From NCBI GenBank assembly GCA_963669175.1, contig OY769902.1, forward strand, positions 3,232,001 through 3,296,000: DNA of 64,000 nt. Direction: 5' to 3'. The notes beneath the pieces were generated by a model, which was not told where the DNA came from, did no database searches, and saw only the letters and a program-made list of their open reading frames with translations. A program made the translations under genes and the position numbers. Of the stretch, positions 37,743 to 47,611 are shown one piece after another (within the stretch, counting starts at the first letter, position 1; every line of letters starts with the position of its first letter). The stretch is from a bacterium. Lineage in GTDB: Bacteria > Electryoneota > Electryoneia > Electryoneales > Electryoneaceae.

Positions 37743-39776
37743 CTATTTCAACAGCATGGTTCGCATGATGCGAGAGGAACTTCCTTGCTGCAAACGGACC
37801 AGGTACATTCCGCTGGGCATGTCGGTAGCGTTCCAGGTGATGCTGTGATATCCGGCCTGCAATTGTCCCTGGTGAAGCAACGCGACACGTTGTCCGAGAA
37901 CATTGAAGACTTCCAGAGTAGCCTGGCTGGAAACAGGGACAGTAAAATCAATTGTTAGATCCGGATTGAACGGATTCGGATAGCCATTGAGCGTCATGCT
38001 GACTGGAAGAGTTTTTTCGGGTTTAATCTCATCAGCATCGGACCAGTTGCCATTCACCCAATCCAGCAATCCTGCCAGGAGTTCATGACGCTTGGTCGTA
38101 CCGCCGCCACCTGAAACGGCTTCAACCGGGAAACCAAGATAGATGGCGCTGTAGGAGTCTGTTTCATGCCCGACCCCGGCGATATCTTGTACGCCGAGAT
38201 AGGTAAACAGGGAAATACCTTCTTCACCTGCTGTCATGGTACTGGGGGAAACACTGTTTGACGCGCCTCCAGCGCCAACAAGCAGAAGCTGTCCTGCAAA
38301 GCCGCCGGTGTAAACGCCTTCAAGCCCCATCGCCGATTGACCTTCCATTGCATCCAGGGCATGCGTAGCAGCAAAATACTGCTGGAACCAGGTTTCACTT
38401 CCGACAACCTCGCCCGCGTATTGCGAAGTGAGGATCAGCTTTCCGCCGGCATCGAGGAAATTCTGGATAGCCTGGGCTTCATCAGCAGTGATCACTGTTG
38501 TCGGATCACTGTCAATCCCGGTTGTCCAGATCACGGTCGAGTACTGATCCAGCGCGAGAGGAATGTTTATATCCGGACCGACATCTGCAATAAAGCCGAG
38601 GGAGTCAAACATGGCTTGCCAGTCATCGGAATAATCCGTAGTGTCGCCAATATCATTCACCAAACGAATATCCGGTACACCAATCAAAACTTCGAAGGCA
38701 ATCTCCCACGCATGATCAGCGTTGTCAGTCGCACTGACTGTAAAGGTAACGTATTTTGGGACATAGTCTTCAGGAATAACAACGCCAAACTCTGTGCCTG
38801 CGTTGCTTCCCGTATCACCGGGCTGCAAATCCGGCCACGAGGCGACATTTTCTGTCAGAGACAATTCCGGATCATCACAGGAAAGTGTGCCTGTGATACC
38901 AGATGCCGGCTGATATTGTTCAAGATCACGAAGTGTGATCACCATGTCTACGTTTTCGCCAGCGTCCGGACGTCCATTGGGACGAAGATCATCTTCATCA
39001 AGGAATTCGACACTATCATACACCAGCATGGGCACATTGATATCAATGGCTGCATTTGTTGACTGCAAAACTTCGCTGGTCCCATTCTGCTGCACAAAAG
39101 CCACAACAGTGATGTTGGTGATGTCCCAATCATCGTTCATCGGGAATGTGGCTTCGTAGTCGTTGGTGGTATTGGCAGAAATCTCGAACGTCTGACCGTT
39201 GCCATTAGGCTCCATGTCAACCATGGGGTAATGGAACGCGGTCATGCCGTTAGGGGCGGGACTGTTCCAGAGGACATAGGTCTCGCACAAAACCAGGTGA
39301 AGTTTTGCGGAGGCAATGCCTTCATCGGAAGTAACAGCCAGCTCGACATTGATATCAGTACCATCATACCAGGCCGCTAAATCCATGTCCAGCGATGATT
39401 CAATTACGGCGCGCTGGCTAATGGCATTCGCAATAGCTGATTCGTCATGGGTGTTCGGACCCAGGACACCGTCAATGAAAATATCCGGTACTGAGTTAAC
39501 CGAATAGTAAGAACGTCTGCTGAAGTTCTCGTCCGGATTGGCGGCATACCAGGGATCATTACCCGGAGTAGGCCAGTTCATGTGGTAAACGATGACTGAA
39601 AGCTCTTCTGTGGTGTAGTCATCTTCAATCATCGGCCCAAGGATGGCCCAGGAACCAGCGCAGGGAGAACAGGTTGTTGAGGTGAAATCCTCAAGCAAAA
39701 CAGTCCGCGGATATCCCCACGCCATCGTGGCAATGAGTAAAATGAGAAGAGCCAACATGCTACGCAATCTGTACAT
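37743..39776 (-). CDS. Omp28-related thioredoxin-fold secreted protein with a T9SS-type C-terminal domain
   Basis: Signal peptide; RTVLLEDFTSTTCSPC (CxxC), YHMNWP, RRSYYSVNSVP, VVAFVQ...EVLQS; GYPNPFNP...PSGMYLV. Confidence 0.85.
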   Translation of the reverse strand: MYRLRSMLALLILLIATMAWGYPRTVLLEDFTSTTCSPCAGSWAILGPMIEDDYTTEELSVIVYHMNWPTPGNDPWYAANPDENFSRRSYYSVNSVPDIFIDGVLGPNTHDESAIANAISQRAVIESSLDMDLAAWYDGTDINVELAVTSDEGIASAKLHLVLCETYVLWNSPAPNGMTAFHYPMVDMEPNGNGQTFEISANTTNDYEATFPMNDDWDITNITVVAFVQQNGTSEVLQSTNAAIDINVPMLVYDSVEFLDEDDLRPNGRPDAGENVDMVITLRDLEQYQPASGITGTLSCDDPELSLTENVASWPDLQPGDTGSNAGTEFGVVIPEDYVPKYVTFTVSATDNADHAWEIAFEVLIGVPDIRLVNDIGDTTDYSDDWQAMFDSLGFIADVGPDINIPLALDQYSTVIWTTGIDSDPTTVITADEAQAIQNFLDAGGKLILTSQYAGEVVGSETWFQQYFAATHALDAMEGQSAMGLEGVYTGGFAGQLLLVGAGGASNSVSPSTMTAGEEGISLFTYLGVQDIAGVGHETDSYSAIYLGFPVEAVSGGGGTTKRHELLAGLLDWVNGNWSDADEIKPEKTLPVSMTLNGYPNPFNPDLTIDFTVPVSSQATLEVFNVLGQRVALLHQGQLQAGYHSITWNATDMPSGMYLVRLQQGSSSRIMRTMLLK

Positions 39777-39950
39777 CGGAATGCCTCCGTCAGTTTATAC
39801 AAAATCGTGCTACACAATAATAAGCCAAGTTGTGTAGCACTGCAATAAACCGACAGCAATCCTTTACAGCATTCTCTACTGCGAGATCGTTAATTGTGGC
39901 CAATTATTCGATTGCTGATCCAGATTGCGAGGCGCTCAGCAATCAAGCCA

Positions 39951-40325
39951 TCAGGCATTTCTACGCTGATGTTCGTGTACTGATCTTTTCATCGTTGGTT
40001 TCGCTGAAGGGGGTATTTCACCGGCATAGACCTTCCTGACCGCATCCTGCACGGTTTCGCCCCTTACGATGTAGACAGGCCATCCGGATTCATGAATATC
40101 CTGGAAAGCATGGGGACCGACATTCCCGGCGATGACACCGCGCAAAGAATCACGGAGTTCAAACACTCTGTTTAAACCATGGCCTTCCATCTGTTCTACA
40201 TCACCAGCCATCGCTTCAATAACCAGGTTTTCCGGGTTGATCAGCAGGTGATAAGCCGCCTGGCCAAATCGTTTGCTGATCTTCGAATCAAGCGTTTTAC
40301 CGTCAGCGGCAACAAGGTATAACAT
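39951..40325 (-). CDS. NifB/NifX-family (dinitrogenase FeMo-cofactor biosynthesis-like) protein
   Basis: DSKISKRFGQA, VIAGNVGPHAF, TVQDAV pattern. Confidence 0.8.
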   Translation of the reverse strand: MLYLVAADGKTLDSKISKRFGQAAYHLLINPENLVIEAMAGDVEQMEGHGLNRVFELRDSLRGVIAGNVGPHAFQDIHESGWPVYIVRGETVQDAVRKVYAGEIPPSAKPTMKRSVHEHQRRNA

Positions 40326-40483
40326 GGCAATCTCCTCTGAAAAACACTTGTGCGTTTATAGCATATGCTATAAACTAGCGGGCAAGAGAGGGTTAGTCAA
40401 GCCAAAGAGAGGCCTGCTGTGTAGAGAGAAGCATAGGAGAGGAACAATGCTAAGGAATGGTAAAGTTTTTGATATTTAGTTGT

Positions 40484-41305
40484 TTAGTCGGCGTTCTTGA
40501 CAAGTGCGTAAATGTTTGTCGCAAGGACTTCCGGGATAAGCGGGAGTTTGCCAAGAGCTTTTAGTTCTATTGTTGGCCAGCCGAACTTGACCCGGTAGCT
40601 GGGATTCAGCATAAACAGCTTGTGCTTGTCCAATATCATGTCATGCCGTTTCAGCAATTTGTGGAATTGTCGTAGGGTAATCTGTGCATCGTAGGTTTCC
40701 ATCAGCCCTTGATAGACTTTCGGGCGGTCCATCTCGGACCAGAGAATGAACCGTGAGTACTGGCGTCTGGGCAGCCAGTGCAGGAAAGGGACATATCGCA
40801 GGAAAGTCTGCATCGCCTGTTGATGACCACCAAAGGCGAAGTACCAGGGAGGGAAATCGAAGAATACGGCGCCACCCGGCGCTAACAGGCGTTTCAGGTT
40901 ACGCATGGCGACTTCTTTGTCAAGGAGGTGTTCCAGTACATCTCGGACCAGGATCAAGTCCCATTGGCCGGTCCCGATCTCCTGCAGGATATCCTCGGTG
41001 CAGAAATCGCCAAAAATGATAGGGAAATCTTTGGTAAAGAACTGACGGTTATTTTCTACTCGTTGACGGTCAAGTTCGACACCTGCCACGTTTGCGTCGG
41101 CGTCAGCGAAAGCATGGATAATTCCACCGTTACCCATGCCGATTTCAAGTACTCGTTTATCCTTGATCGGGATATTCCACTGGGCAAATTGTGGAAACAG
41201 AATTTCCTTTGCAACGCGGGTCTGGTATTCCCAGTAGGCGGCATGGTTACCATGTAACCGTGTCATCCCTTTTCCCAAAATTTTTGCGAACATGTATGGT
41301 TCCAT
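40484..41305 (-). CDS. Class I SAM-dependent methyltransferase
   Basis: VLEIGMGNGG motif I, DVLEHL, LAPGG, FPPWYFAFGGHQQ. Confidence 0.85.
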   Translation of the reverse strand: MEPYMFAKILGKGMTRLHGNHAAYWEYQTRVAKEILFPQFAQWNIPIKDKRVLEIGMGNGGIIHAFADADANVAGVELDRQRVENNRQFFTKDFPIIFGDFCTEDILQEIGTGQWDLILVRDVLEHLLDKEVAMRNLKRLLAPGGAVFFDFPPWYFAFGGHQQAMQTFLRYVPFLHWLPRRQYSRFILWSEMDRPKVYQGLMETYDAQITLRQFHKLLKRHDMILDKHKLFMLNPSYRVKFGWPTIELKALGKLPLIPEVLATNIYALVKNAD

Positions 41306-41322
41306 GTAGTAATGGTTGAATC

Positions 41323-41358
41323 AAAACGCCGCTTCAAGGTAGAGCATTGAAGCGGCGT
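41323..41358 (-). terminator. Putative intrinsic terminator
   Basis: ACGCCGCTTCAA...TTGAAGCGGCGT with an upstream A-run on the plus strand. Confidence 0.7.
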
Positions 41359-41386
41359 CGGCAATAATGAATTCGGCCACAGGGGT

Positions 41387-42634
41387 CTATTTGAGCAGCA
41401 CAAGTTTTATCATGCTGACCGGATATGAATCCAGGGACAACTCTGCGAAGTATATCCCGTTCGCACAGTTTTCAAGTTCAATTGGAAGAACATAGTCACC
41501 GGCCGGTGAGCTGAATTGAGCATGGCTATACACTTCTCGTCCAAGGATATCAAACACCCGGATCTGAATGGATGCTTGTTCTGCCAGGCTGAAACGAATC
41601 TGTGTGGTTGAGTTAAACGGGTTCGGATGGGCGCTTACGGCAAACTCAAATGGGATTTCAGTATCCGGTTCTTTGGCCCCATGCATGGGGAGATCACAGG
41701 TCTCGTACGCGCCTTCACGGGTACAGGCGATAACATTGTAGCAATCGATAAAGCCATTGTAGGAAAAACTGTTGATCGAAGTGTTTGGCAGGTTTTCGTT
41801 CAAGGGCGTCAATGCAACTTGATCTGGCGCAAAACAATATGCGCCTGCGTAATCACCATATGGTTCGCTGAACCCAATAAATATGTAATCGAAATAGGAG
41901 GCAACACAGGAAATATTAAAAGCATAGAATTCATTCTGCCAGTATTCACCATTGTTGTCTGAATACCACAGACCAGCAGAACGTGAACCGTCATCCAGGG
42001 CCGCCCATAGTCTGCCGGTCCAGTCATAGGTGAGGGCGCTGAACTGGTTGCTGGTATAATAGAGCCAGTCTTCTCCATCATTACTCGAATGTGCGATCCA
42101 AGACTGGTTTCCCTGGGATACTACCATGGCTATCTGGTTTTGGTAACACGTCATGGCATGGCAGGAGTAGTCGGAAAAACTTGGTGAAGAGTCCCAGTCA
42201 ACACCGTTATCTGATAAGACCAGACCTTCAGCGCCGCCAACATAGTAGCGGTTGTTGTGTTTTTCCAGAAACCGTGGTCTCGCAATGTAATACTGTACCC
42301 TGTATTCGTTGGATATCCGGTCAAAGATGTATATCCCGTCCGAATCGGAATCATCTCCCATAATAACCAGCACATTGTCTTCATTCAGTACAATCGCATC
42401 ACGGACAAGCAGACCAAAGGAATAGCAGTTCCATTGGTTATGTTCGAAGAGGTAAAGGCCCTGGTTGACACAAAGAACATCGAGTTCTGCCCCGTCTTCG
42501 CTGGTAGGAACATACAGGACATCCAGTGAATCCGGACCTAACAGGGACCATGCAAAAACTTGACCTGAAATCAGGAATAGACATAAAAGGACAGCAAAGC
42601 GGAAAATAGGAAGTAACTTTGCCTGTGACTTCAT
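41387..42634 (-). CDS. Secreted BNR/beta-propeller-like protein with a T9SS-type C-terminal domain
   Basis: ATG 42634 with GGAG RBS; Asp-box repeats SDNGVDW, SNDGEDW, SDNNGEYW; HPNPFN...NGIYF. Confidence 0.75.
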   Translation of the reverse strand: MKSQAKLLPIFRFAVLLCLFLISGQVFAWSLLGPDSLDVLYVPTSEDGAELDVLCVNQGLYLFEHNQWNCYSFGLLVRDAIVLNEDNVLVIMGDDSDSDGIYIFDRISNEYRVQYYIARPRFLEKHNNRYYVGGAEGLVLSDNGVDWDSSPSFSDYSCHAMTCYQNQIAMVVSQGNQSWIAHSSNDGEDWLYYTSNQFSALTYDWTGRLWAALDDGSRSAGLWYSDNNGEYWQNEFYAFNISCVASYFDYIFIGFSEPYGDYAGAYCFAPDQVALTPLNENLPNTSINSFSYNGFIDCYNVIACTREGAYETCDLPMHGAKEPDTEIPFEFAVSAHPNPFNSTTQIRFSLAEQASIQIRVFDILGREVYSHAQFSSPAGDYVLPIELENCANGIYFAELSLDSYPVSMIKLVLLK

Positions 42635-42840
42635 GACGTCCTCCACAGTAATCGGCTCCGAAAACAATGCGTCTATGAACCATCAGGCTCCCCACCCTAT
42701 AAAATAAACTGCATTTAAAACTGATTGTCAGTCAATAGTCAACCGGAGCTAACTCGAAAAATTTTCTACAACTTCACTCTCCCGGAACACAGAAAACCTT
42801 GTTGGAAAACTGTATCTTCCCAGTTCACAGGGAGGCGTAC

Positions 42841-43953
42841 ATGAGATTGGCAGTTTACATCACCGGACATGGTTTGGGGCATTTGACGCGAAGCATGGAA
42901 GTGATGCGCTTTATCCGTTCAAAAGCGCCGAAGATAGAACTGCATATCCGAGCTCCTTATAAGAAAGAGACCGTGATTGGCAGCCTGGGTTTTGAGCCAG
43001 ACAGTCACACTCCTGTCCGTATGGACATCGGAATGATTCAACATGATGCTATTTCTGCTGATATGGAGGCGACACAACAGAGACTGGAGTATTATTTCGG
43101 GCAGAAAGGCGCAGGGATTGTTGAAGAGGAAGCCGATTGGTTGATTGACAAGGAGATCGATGCTGCCTACCTGGATATCCCGCCTCGTCCTTTCGATGCC
43201 TGCCGAATTGCTGATGTTCCGGCATTTGCGATGACAAATTTCAGTTGGGATTTTATCTGGTCCGGATTGGCGGAACACTGGGGGGGATTCAGCTCATTTG
43301 CTGATCGCGCAAGAGAAGCTTATGGATCGTGCAGGAAGCTATACCGGACGAAGATGAATGCTGATTTGAGTGCATTCCCTGAAGTGGAAGATGTTCCACT
43401 TGTGGCACGTTTATCCGACAAAGATCCAGCACAGGTCCGGAAGGCGCTGGGGATAGATTCGAAAAAGCCGGTTGTGATACTGTCTTACGGTGGTGTCGGA
43501 ATGAATGGCATCAAGCTTCCCACTTCAGACCTGCACAGAGATTTTCAATTCATTGTTACGGAGCCCATGAAGAATCCAGGCGACCCGTTTCTCTATATCA
43601 GCGAAGCTGAACTTTGTATCCTTGGAATCAGGTATTGCGATCTTGTGCATATGGCTGATGTGGTCATGAGTAAACCTGGATACAGTACCGTTTCTGAATG
43701 TGTAGGGAACCTGACAGCGCTGGTTTACACAGAACGACTGGATCATTTTGCCGAGTATCCGATTGTTGTGGAGTATATCAAGCAACAGCTACCGTATGCA
43801 TTCCTTCCATCCGAGGATTTGTACGCCGGAAACTGGCGCTCTGCTTTGGTAACTGCCTGGGAAGCGAACGACAGGTTTGCCTTTGGCGAGGAGGCTGTGA
43901 ATGGTGCAGAAGTCGTCGCTGAGAGACTGATTTCTGAACTGGAGAGTCTGTAA
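42841..43953 (+). CDS. GT-B fold glycosyltransferase-like protein (GT28 / arabinokinase N-terminal-like)
   Basis: YITGHGLGHLTR, NFSWDFIW, LSYGG, SKPGYSTVSE, FAEYP, NGAEV. Confidence 0.75.
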   Translation: MRLAVYITGHGLGHLTRSMEVMRFIRSKAPKIELHIRAPYKKETVIGSLGFEPDSHTPVRMDIGMIQHDAISADMEATQQRLEYYFGQKGAGIVEEEADWLIDKEIDAAYLDIPPRPFDACRIADVPAFAMTNFSWDFIWSGLAEHWGGFSSFADRAREAYGSCRKLYRTKMNADLSAFPEVEDVPLVARLSDKDPAQVRKALGIDSKKPVVILSYGGVGMNGIKLPTSDLHRDFQFIVTEPMKNPGDPFLYISEAELCILGIRYCDLVHMADVVMSKPGYSTVSECVGNLTALVYTERLDHFAEYPIVVEYIKQQLPYAFLPSEDLYAGNWRSALVTAWEANDRFAFGEEAVNGAEVVAERLISELESL

Positions 43954-44150
43954 CCCTTGCTTTTCTGCACTACTTGCCTATAGTTTTATATCAACCATAC
44001 AACAGGACTACATCCTTTTCAGTTGCTCACCGTCTGTTCATTTCTTTTACCGACACAAAGGAAGCATACTCTCGCGCATTGCTCTGCGTGTGTTTGACAC
44101 GTTGTGTTCAAAAAAGGTGGATACACTGTATCCAGAACGCGGAGGGCGCC

Positions 44151-45626
44151 ATGAAGAAGCTGTTACTCACCTCGGTATCATTCCTGATACTGCCTCTTAC
44201 AGGTTTCAGTCAGCCGGAAATTGACTGGATTCAGACCTACGATTTTGATTCTATTGACATGCCAAGAGTGTTGCTGGAACACCCTGATGGCGGGGTCTGG
44301 GTGATAGGGGAGACCGGTCCCAGCGCTATCGATCATGAACCGTTCATGCTGCATATTTCAGCGAATGGTACCGCTTTGGACACGATACTGTTCGAACTAA
44401 GCCCGGAATACAGAACCTACTGTTTCGCGGCATGTGAGGGATCAGATAATACGGTTGTTCTGGCATGTACGCGGCGTACTACAGTAAGGTTCTATGATCT
44501 TGTGGTTTTGAAAGTGAATGTGGATGGTGATATCGTCTGGTCAACCGCAGTCGAAGATACCATGCTTTCCACTCATGGCTTCACCATGCAACCTTCCTTC
44601 GATGGTGGTTATATCGTAGGTGGCGAATACCTGGTAGTAGGCGAACCGATATCACAAAAACATGCGTTTGCCGCGAAATTCAGTGAGAACGGTGAACAGG
44701 AATGGTCGTTTTATGACAGGGAAGACCGCTACGGAACATGCAAGAAAATTGGTGTTCTTCCTGAAGGTGATTTCGTATTGGCAGGCGACAAATATATCAA
44801 TCTTGAAGATGATAGTTACGTCTATTTCCTGGAATTGTCAAGGCGTGGCGATGTGCTGCATGCCGATCACTTGTATTTCAATGAATACTTCAGTATTTCA
44901 TTATCAGATTTTGAGTTTCTCCCGAATGGAAACCTGCTTGGCTGTGGAACAGTGTATCCGGAATCTCCCGAATCGAATAATACGCCCTGGTTGTTTGAGC
45001 TCGACCAGGATTTTCAATCGTTGTGGAGCAGGCTGTACACAGTTGATTATCCCGTGGGCATAAGTGAAATGAAGCTTCTAAGTTCAGGTAGAATAATCCT
45101 TACTGGTCCCGGAAGCGTTTTCGGATCTGATTCAACTGACTTATTTATACTGTATCTGGATTCTGAAGGAAATGAACAATGGCGGTACACCCACGATCTT
45201 GGAGACAGAGAAGCGATAACGGATATCCTTGAAATGAATGAGGAAATTCTTTTGACTGGTTCTTTCCGAATAAATACAGACTCATTGGATGTGTGGAACG
45301 GTTTCCTTTTGAAACTTAATCCCGAGCATAGCGGAAAAAAGGAGGACGATTCCATTGTTCTTCCACGAGCTTTCCGGATGTTGCCGTCCTACCCGAATCC
45401 GTTCAACCATTCAACCAATGTGCCGTTTGAGTTATATAAAAGCGGCGCGGTAACAGTGCAGGTTTATGACATTCTGGGCAGGATGATCAAGAATGACACT
45501 TTCCAGCACGGGCCGGGCAGATATACCTACGTCCTTGACCTGAAATTCGCAGCATCCGGAACCTATTTCCTGAAGATGAATGCGCTTGGAGTGCAGCAGG
45601 TACAGAGGATCATGCTGATCAAGTAG
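44151..45626 (+). CDS. Secreted repeat (beta-propeller-like) protein with a T9SS-type C-terminal domain
   Basis: ATG 44151 with GGAGG RBS; signal peptide; repeats such as LKVNVDGDIVW, DGGYIVGG, LDSEGNEQW; SYPNPFN...SGTYF. Confidence 0.78.
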   Translation: MKKLLLTSVSFLILPLTGFSQPEIDWIQTYDFDSIDMPRVLLEHPDGGVWVIGETGPSAIDHEPFMLHISANGTALDTILFELSPEYRTYCFAACEGSDNTVVLACTRRTTVRFYDLVVLKVNVDGDIVWSTAVEDTMLSTHGFTMQPSFDGGYIVGGEYLVVGEPISQKHAFAAKFSENGEQEWSFYDREDRYGTCKKIGVLPEGDFVLAGDKYINLEDDSYVYFLELSRRGDVLHADHLYFNEYFSISLSDFEFLPNGNLLGCGTVYPESPESNNTPWLFELDQDFQSLWSRLYTVDYPVGISEMKLLSSGRIILTGPGSVFGSDSTDLFILYLDSEGNEQWRYTHDLGDREAITDILEMNEEILLTGSFRINTDSLDVWNGFLLKLNPEHSGKKEDDSIVLPRAFRMLPSYPNPFNHSTNVPFELYKSGAVTVQVYDILGRMIKNDTFQHGPGRYTYVLDLKFAASGTYFLKMNALGVQQVQRIMLIK

Positions 45627-45647
45627 GCGGCCACTCACAAATAATAA

Positions 45648-45683
45648 AACATCCTCCGGAAACCTGGGTTTCCGGAGGATGTT
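45648..45683. terminator. Bidirectional hairpin terminator between convergent genes
   Basis: AACATCCTCCGGAAACC-TG-GGTTTCCGGAGGATGTT. Confidence 0.75.
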
Positions 45684-45706
45684 CTTGTAGAAGAAGCGGA
45701 CAAGAA

Positions 45707-46564
45707 TCAATCTTCGTGCAGGGTGAAATTTACCAATTCGTCTTTGAAAACGACAAAAACAGTATCAGAAGGAGTATTGCTTTCATCGCGAACAATTCTG
45801 GGGGATTCGGTCATGATATACTCCTGGCCGAATTCGGACACGGCAATTGTATAGATATCGTCGCCACCAAGGTTATTCGCTCCGGGTATCGTATGAGTAA
45901 TAATATGGCACAGCATCGGACCGCGCGGCGACAGAATCCCTTTACGTCCAGTCACTTGCCTCCTGATGTCATTCCTGAGAATCCAGCTATTTCCTATCTC
46001 ATAGGGGTAGCCAAAGTGCTGCGCCCAGGGGGAATCGTAACGAATGATATCGTCATCCAATTCATGGTTCTGCCATTTCCAGGGTTGGCTGTATAATTCA
46101 GCAGTCATAGGGAAGGGGAATGGGATAGCATCAGCTAGTGTGGTTGTGGGAATATCATAATTGTATATGTAGGCCAGTTCAAACAAGCCCTCCTCTGTCT
46201 GAAGTCGCCATGAATAATGCATGGGATAATAGCCACCCTGTTCTTCCCACCATATGCTTTCACGGAAACAATAGGTGCCTTCCGGGAAATCATCCAGAGG
46301 ATTTTCAATGATTTCCAGTTTGGTTAAGCTCCTCAAATCCTCTACGGGATCGAGGGCTGTCACGGCATCCTGTGACGGAAACTCATGATACAATGTTCTG
46401 TAATACCAGGTATTGCCAATGGCCAGAGGATAAGTAATATCAACGGATGGGCCCCTGGTTTCGATCGCGCCGGCGAAAGGATTGCTGCTGCCGTTGTCAT
46501 CGCATCCTGATGCAAACATCAAGAATGCCACGAGACTCCCCAACAGAAAATGATGTACACGCAT
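45707..46564 (-). CDS. Hypothetical lipoprotein (paralog 2)
   Basis: ATG 46564; lipobox ASGC; YPLAIGNTWYYR and YPYEIGNSW internal repeat. Confidence 0.65.
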   Translation of the reverse strand: MRVHHFLLGSLVAFLMFASGCDDNGSSNPFAGAIETRGPSVDITYPLAIGNTWYYRTLYHEFPSQDAVTALDPVEDLRSLTKLEIIENPLDDFPEGTYCFRESIWWEEQGGYYPMHYSWRLQTEEGLFELAYIYNYDIPTTTLADAIPFPFPMTAELYSQPWKWQNHELDDDIIRYDSPWAQHFGYPYEIGNSWILRNDIRRQVTGRKGILSPRGPMLCHIITHTIPGANNLGGDDIYTIAVSEFGQEYIMTESPRIVRDESNTPSDTVFVVFKDELVNFTLHED

Positions 46565-46604
46565 TCCACGTCCCCCTAAAAAGAGTATGTTTGCTATAGC
46601 GTTA

Positions 46605-47477
46605 TCAGTACAACTTGTAATCAACCAATACCATTTTGTACAGGTAATAATATGAATCTCCATATGGATTCTCCGGACTGGTGAAAGTAATCCAGGATTC
46701 GTACTCGTTGAATACGAGACCGACGTCGGAGATACCTTCTGTAAATCCACGATGCACCCTGGTATCGCCACCATCAAATGAATTGTAGTTTTGTATGAAA
46801 TAGCAGGGGAAATCACCAGCAGGCACTCTCACCATGTGAGCGCCGACTACCTGCTTTCGTTCATACCCACCTGCGTCAACTATCCACTGGTTGCCAATGT
46901 TATAAGGGTATTGGTATAGCAGTGATGGAGCGTAGTCTGCCTGAGGATCATCCAGTCCCAGTGAGGTCATATCTTGAGTTGATGGTGAGACATTGAGTAG
47001 TCTGTTAATCATCTTAACAGGTTTGGGAATATGCGCGCCAGGAATATCTTGGGAAGTTGAAGAAAAGACCGGGGCAATAAAATCAGCTTCATACAAGCCT
47101 TCTCTCGTCTGATATCGCCAGGAAAACGAAGTGAAGATGTAACCAAATTCTGGGGGATCAAAATAATAGGTAGTCATTATGCAGGGGAGTGTATCGCCGA
47201 AAGCGTCATGTGGCAGGTCAATCACCTCAAGCAGGAATGTGGTACTGTTTGCTTCATCACTGCAATAGGCTTCTGCTTCTTCCTCTGAATCAAATGAACC
47301 GTACCATACCCGGTATTCCCAACGGTTTCCGATCTCCAATGGCCATTGGAAGTCTGGATCGACACGAGAAGTAGTGATCGCACCGACGAAAGGATTATCG
47401 CTGTTGTCGTTGCTGCATGAAAGGCTGAGCAGGAAACACAGGGATAACAATCCAACCAGGACAAGTGATCTTCGCAA
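46605..47477 (-). CDS. Hypothetical lipoprotein (paralog 1)
   Basis: Probable TTG start at 47477 after GGAGG (ORF track gives 47513); lipobox SLSC; WPLEIGNRWEYR, YPYNIGNQW, VRVPAGDFPC. Confidence 0.65.
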   Translation of the reverse strand: MRRSLVLVGLLSLCFLLSLSCSNDNSDNPFVGAITTSRVDPDFQWPLEIGNRWEYRVWYGSFDSEEEAEAYCSDEANSTTFLLEVIDLPHDAFGDTLPCIMTTYYFDPPEFGYIFTSFSWRYQTREGLYEADFIAPVFSSTSQDIPGAHIPKPVKMINRLLNVSPSTQDMTSLGLDDPQADYAPSLLYQYPYNIGNQWIVDAGGYERKQVVGAHMVRVPAGDFPCYFIQNYNSFDGGDTRVHRGFTEGISDVGLVFNEYESWITFTSPENPYGDSYYYLYKMVLVDYKLY

Positions 47478-47611
47478 ATTCCCCTCCGCAATGTCAACTC
47501 TGTCACCTGACATGTTACATTACCTATACTGTGTTCACAAACTAGCAGTGCGTACATTCTCAAGGCAACAATGCGGTAGCAGATATTGCAGATTTTTAAA
47601 CGGAGTGCATC

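Noticed and set aside
39951-40325. Nitrogen-fixation gene cluster
   Set aside because: A lone NifX-fold gene; this family is widespread in non-diazotrophs and no nif genes are adjacent.
45707-47513. Diversity-generating retroelement target pair
   Set aside because: No reverse transcriptase and no near-identical template/variable repeat differing only at adenines.
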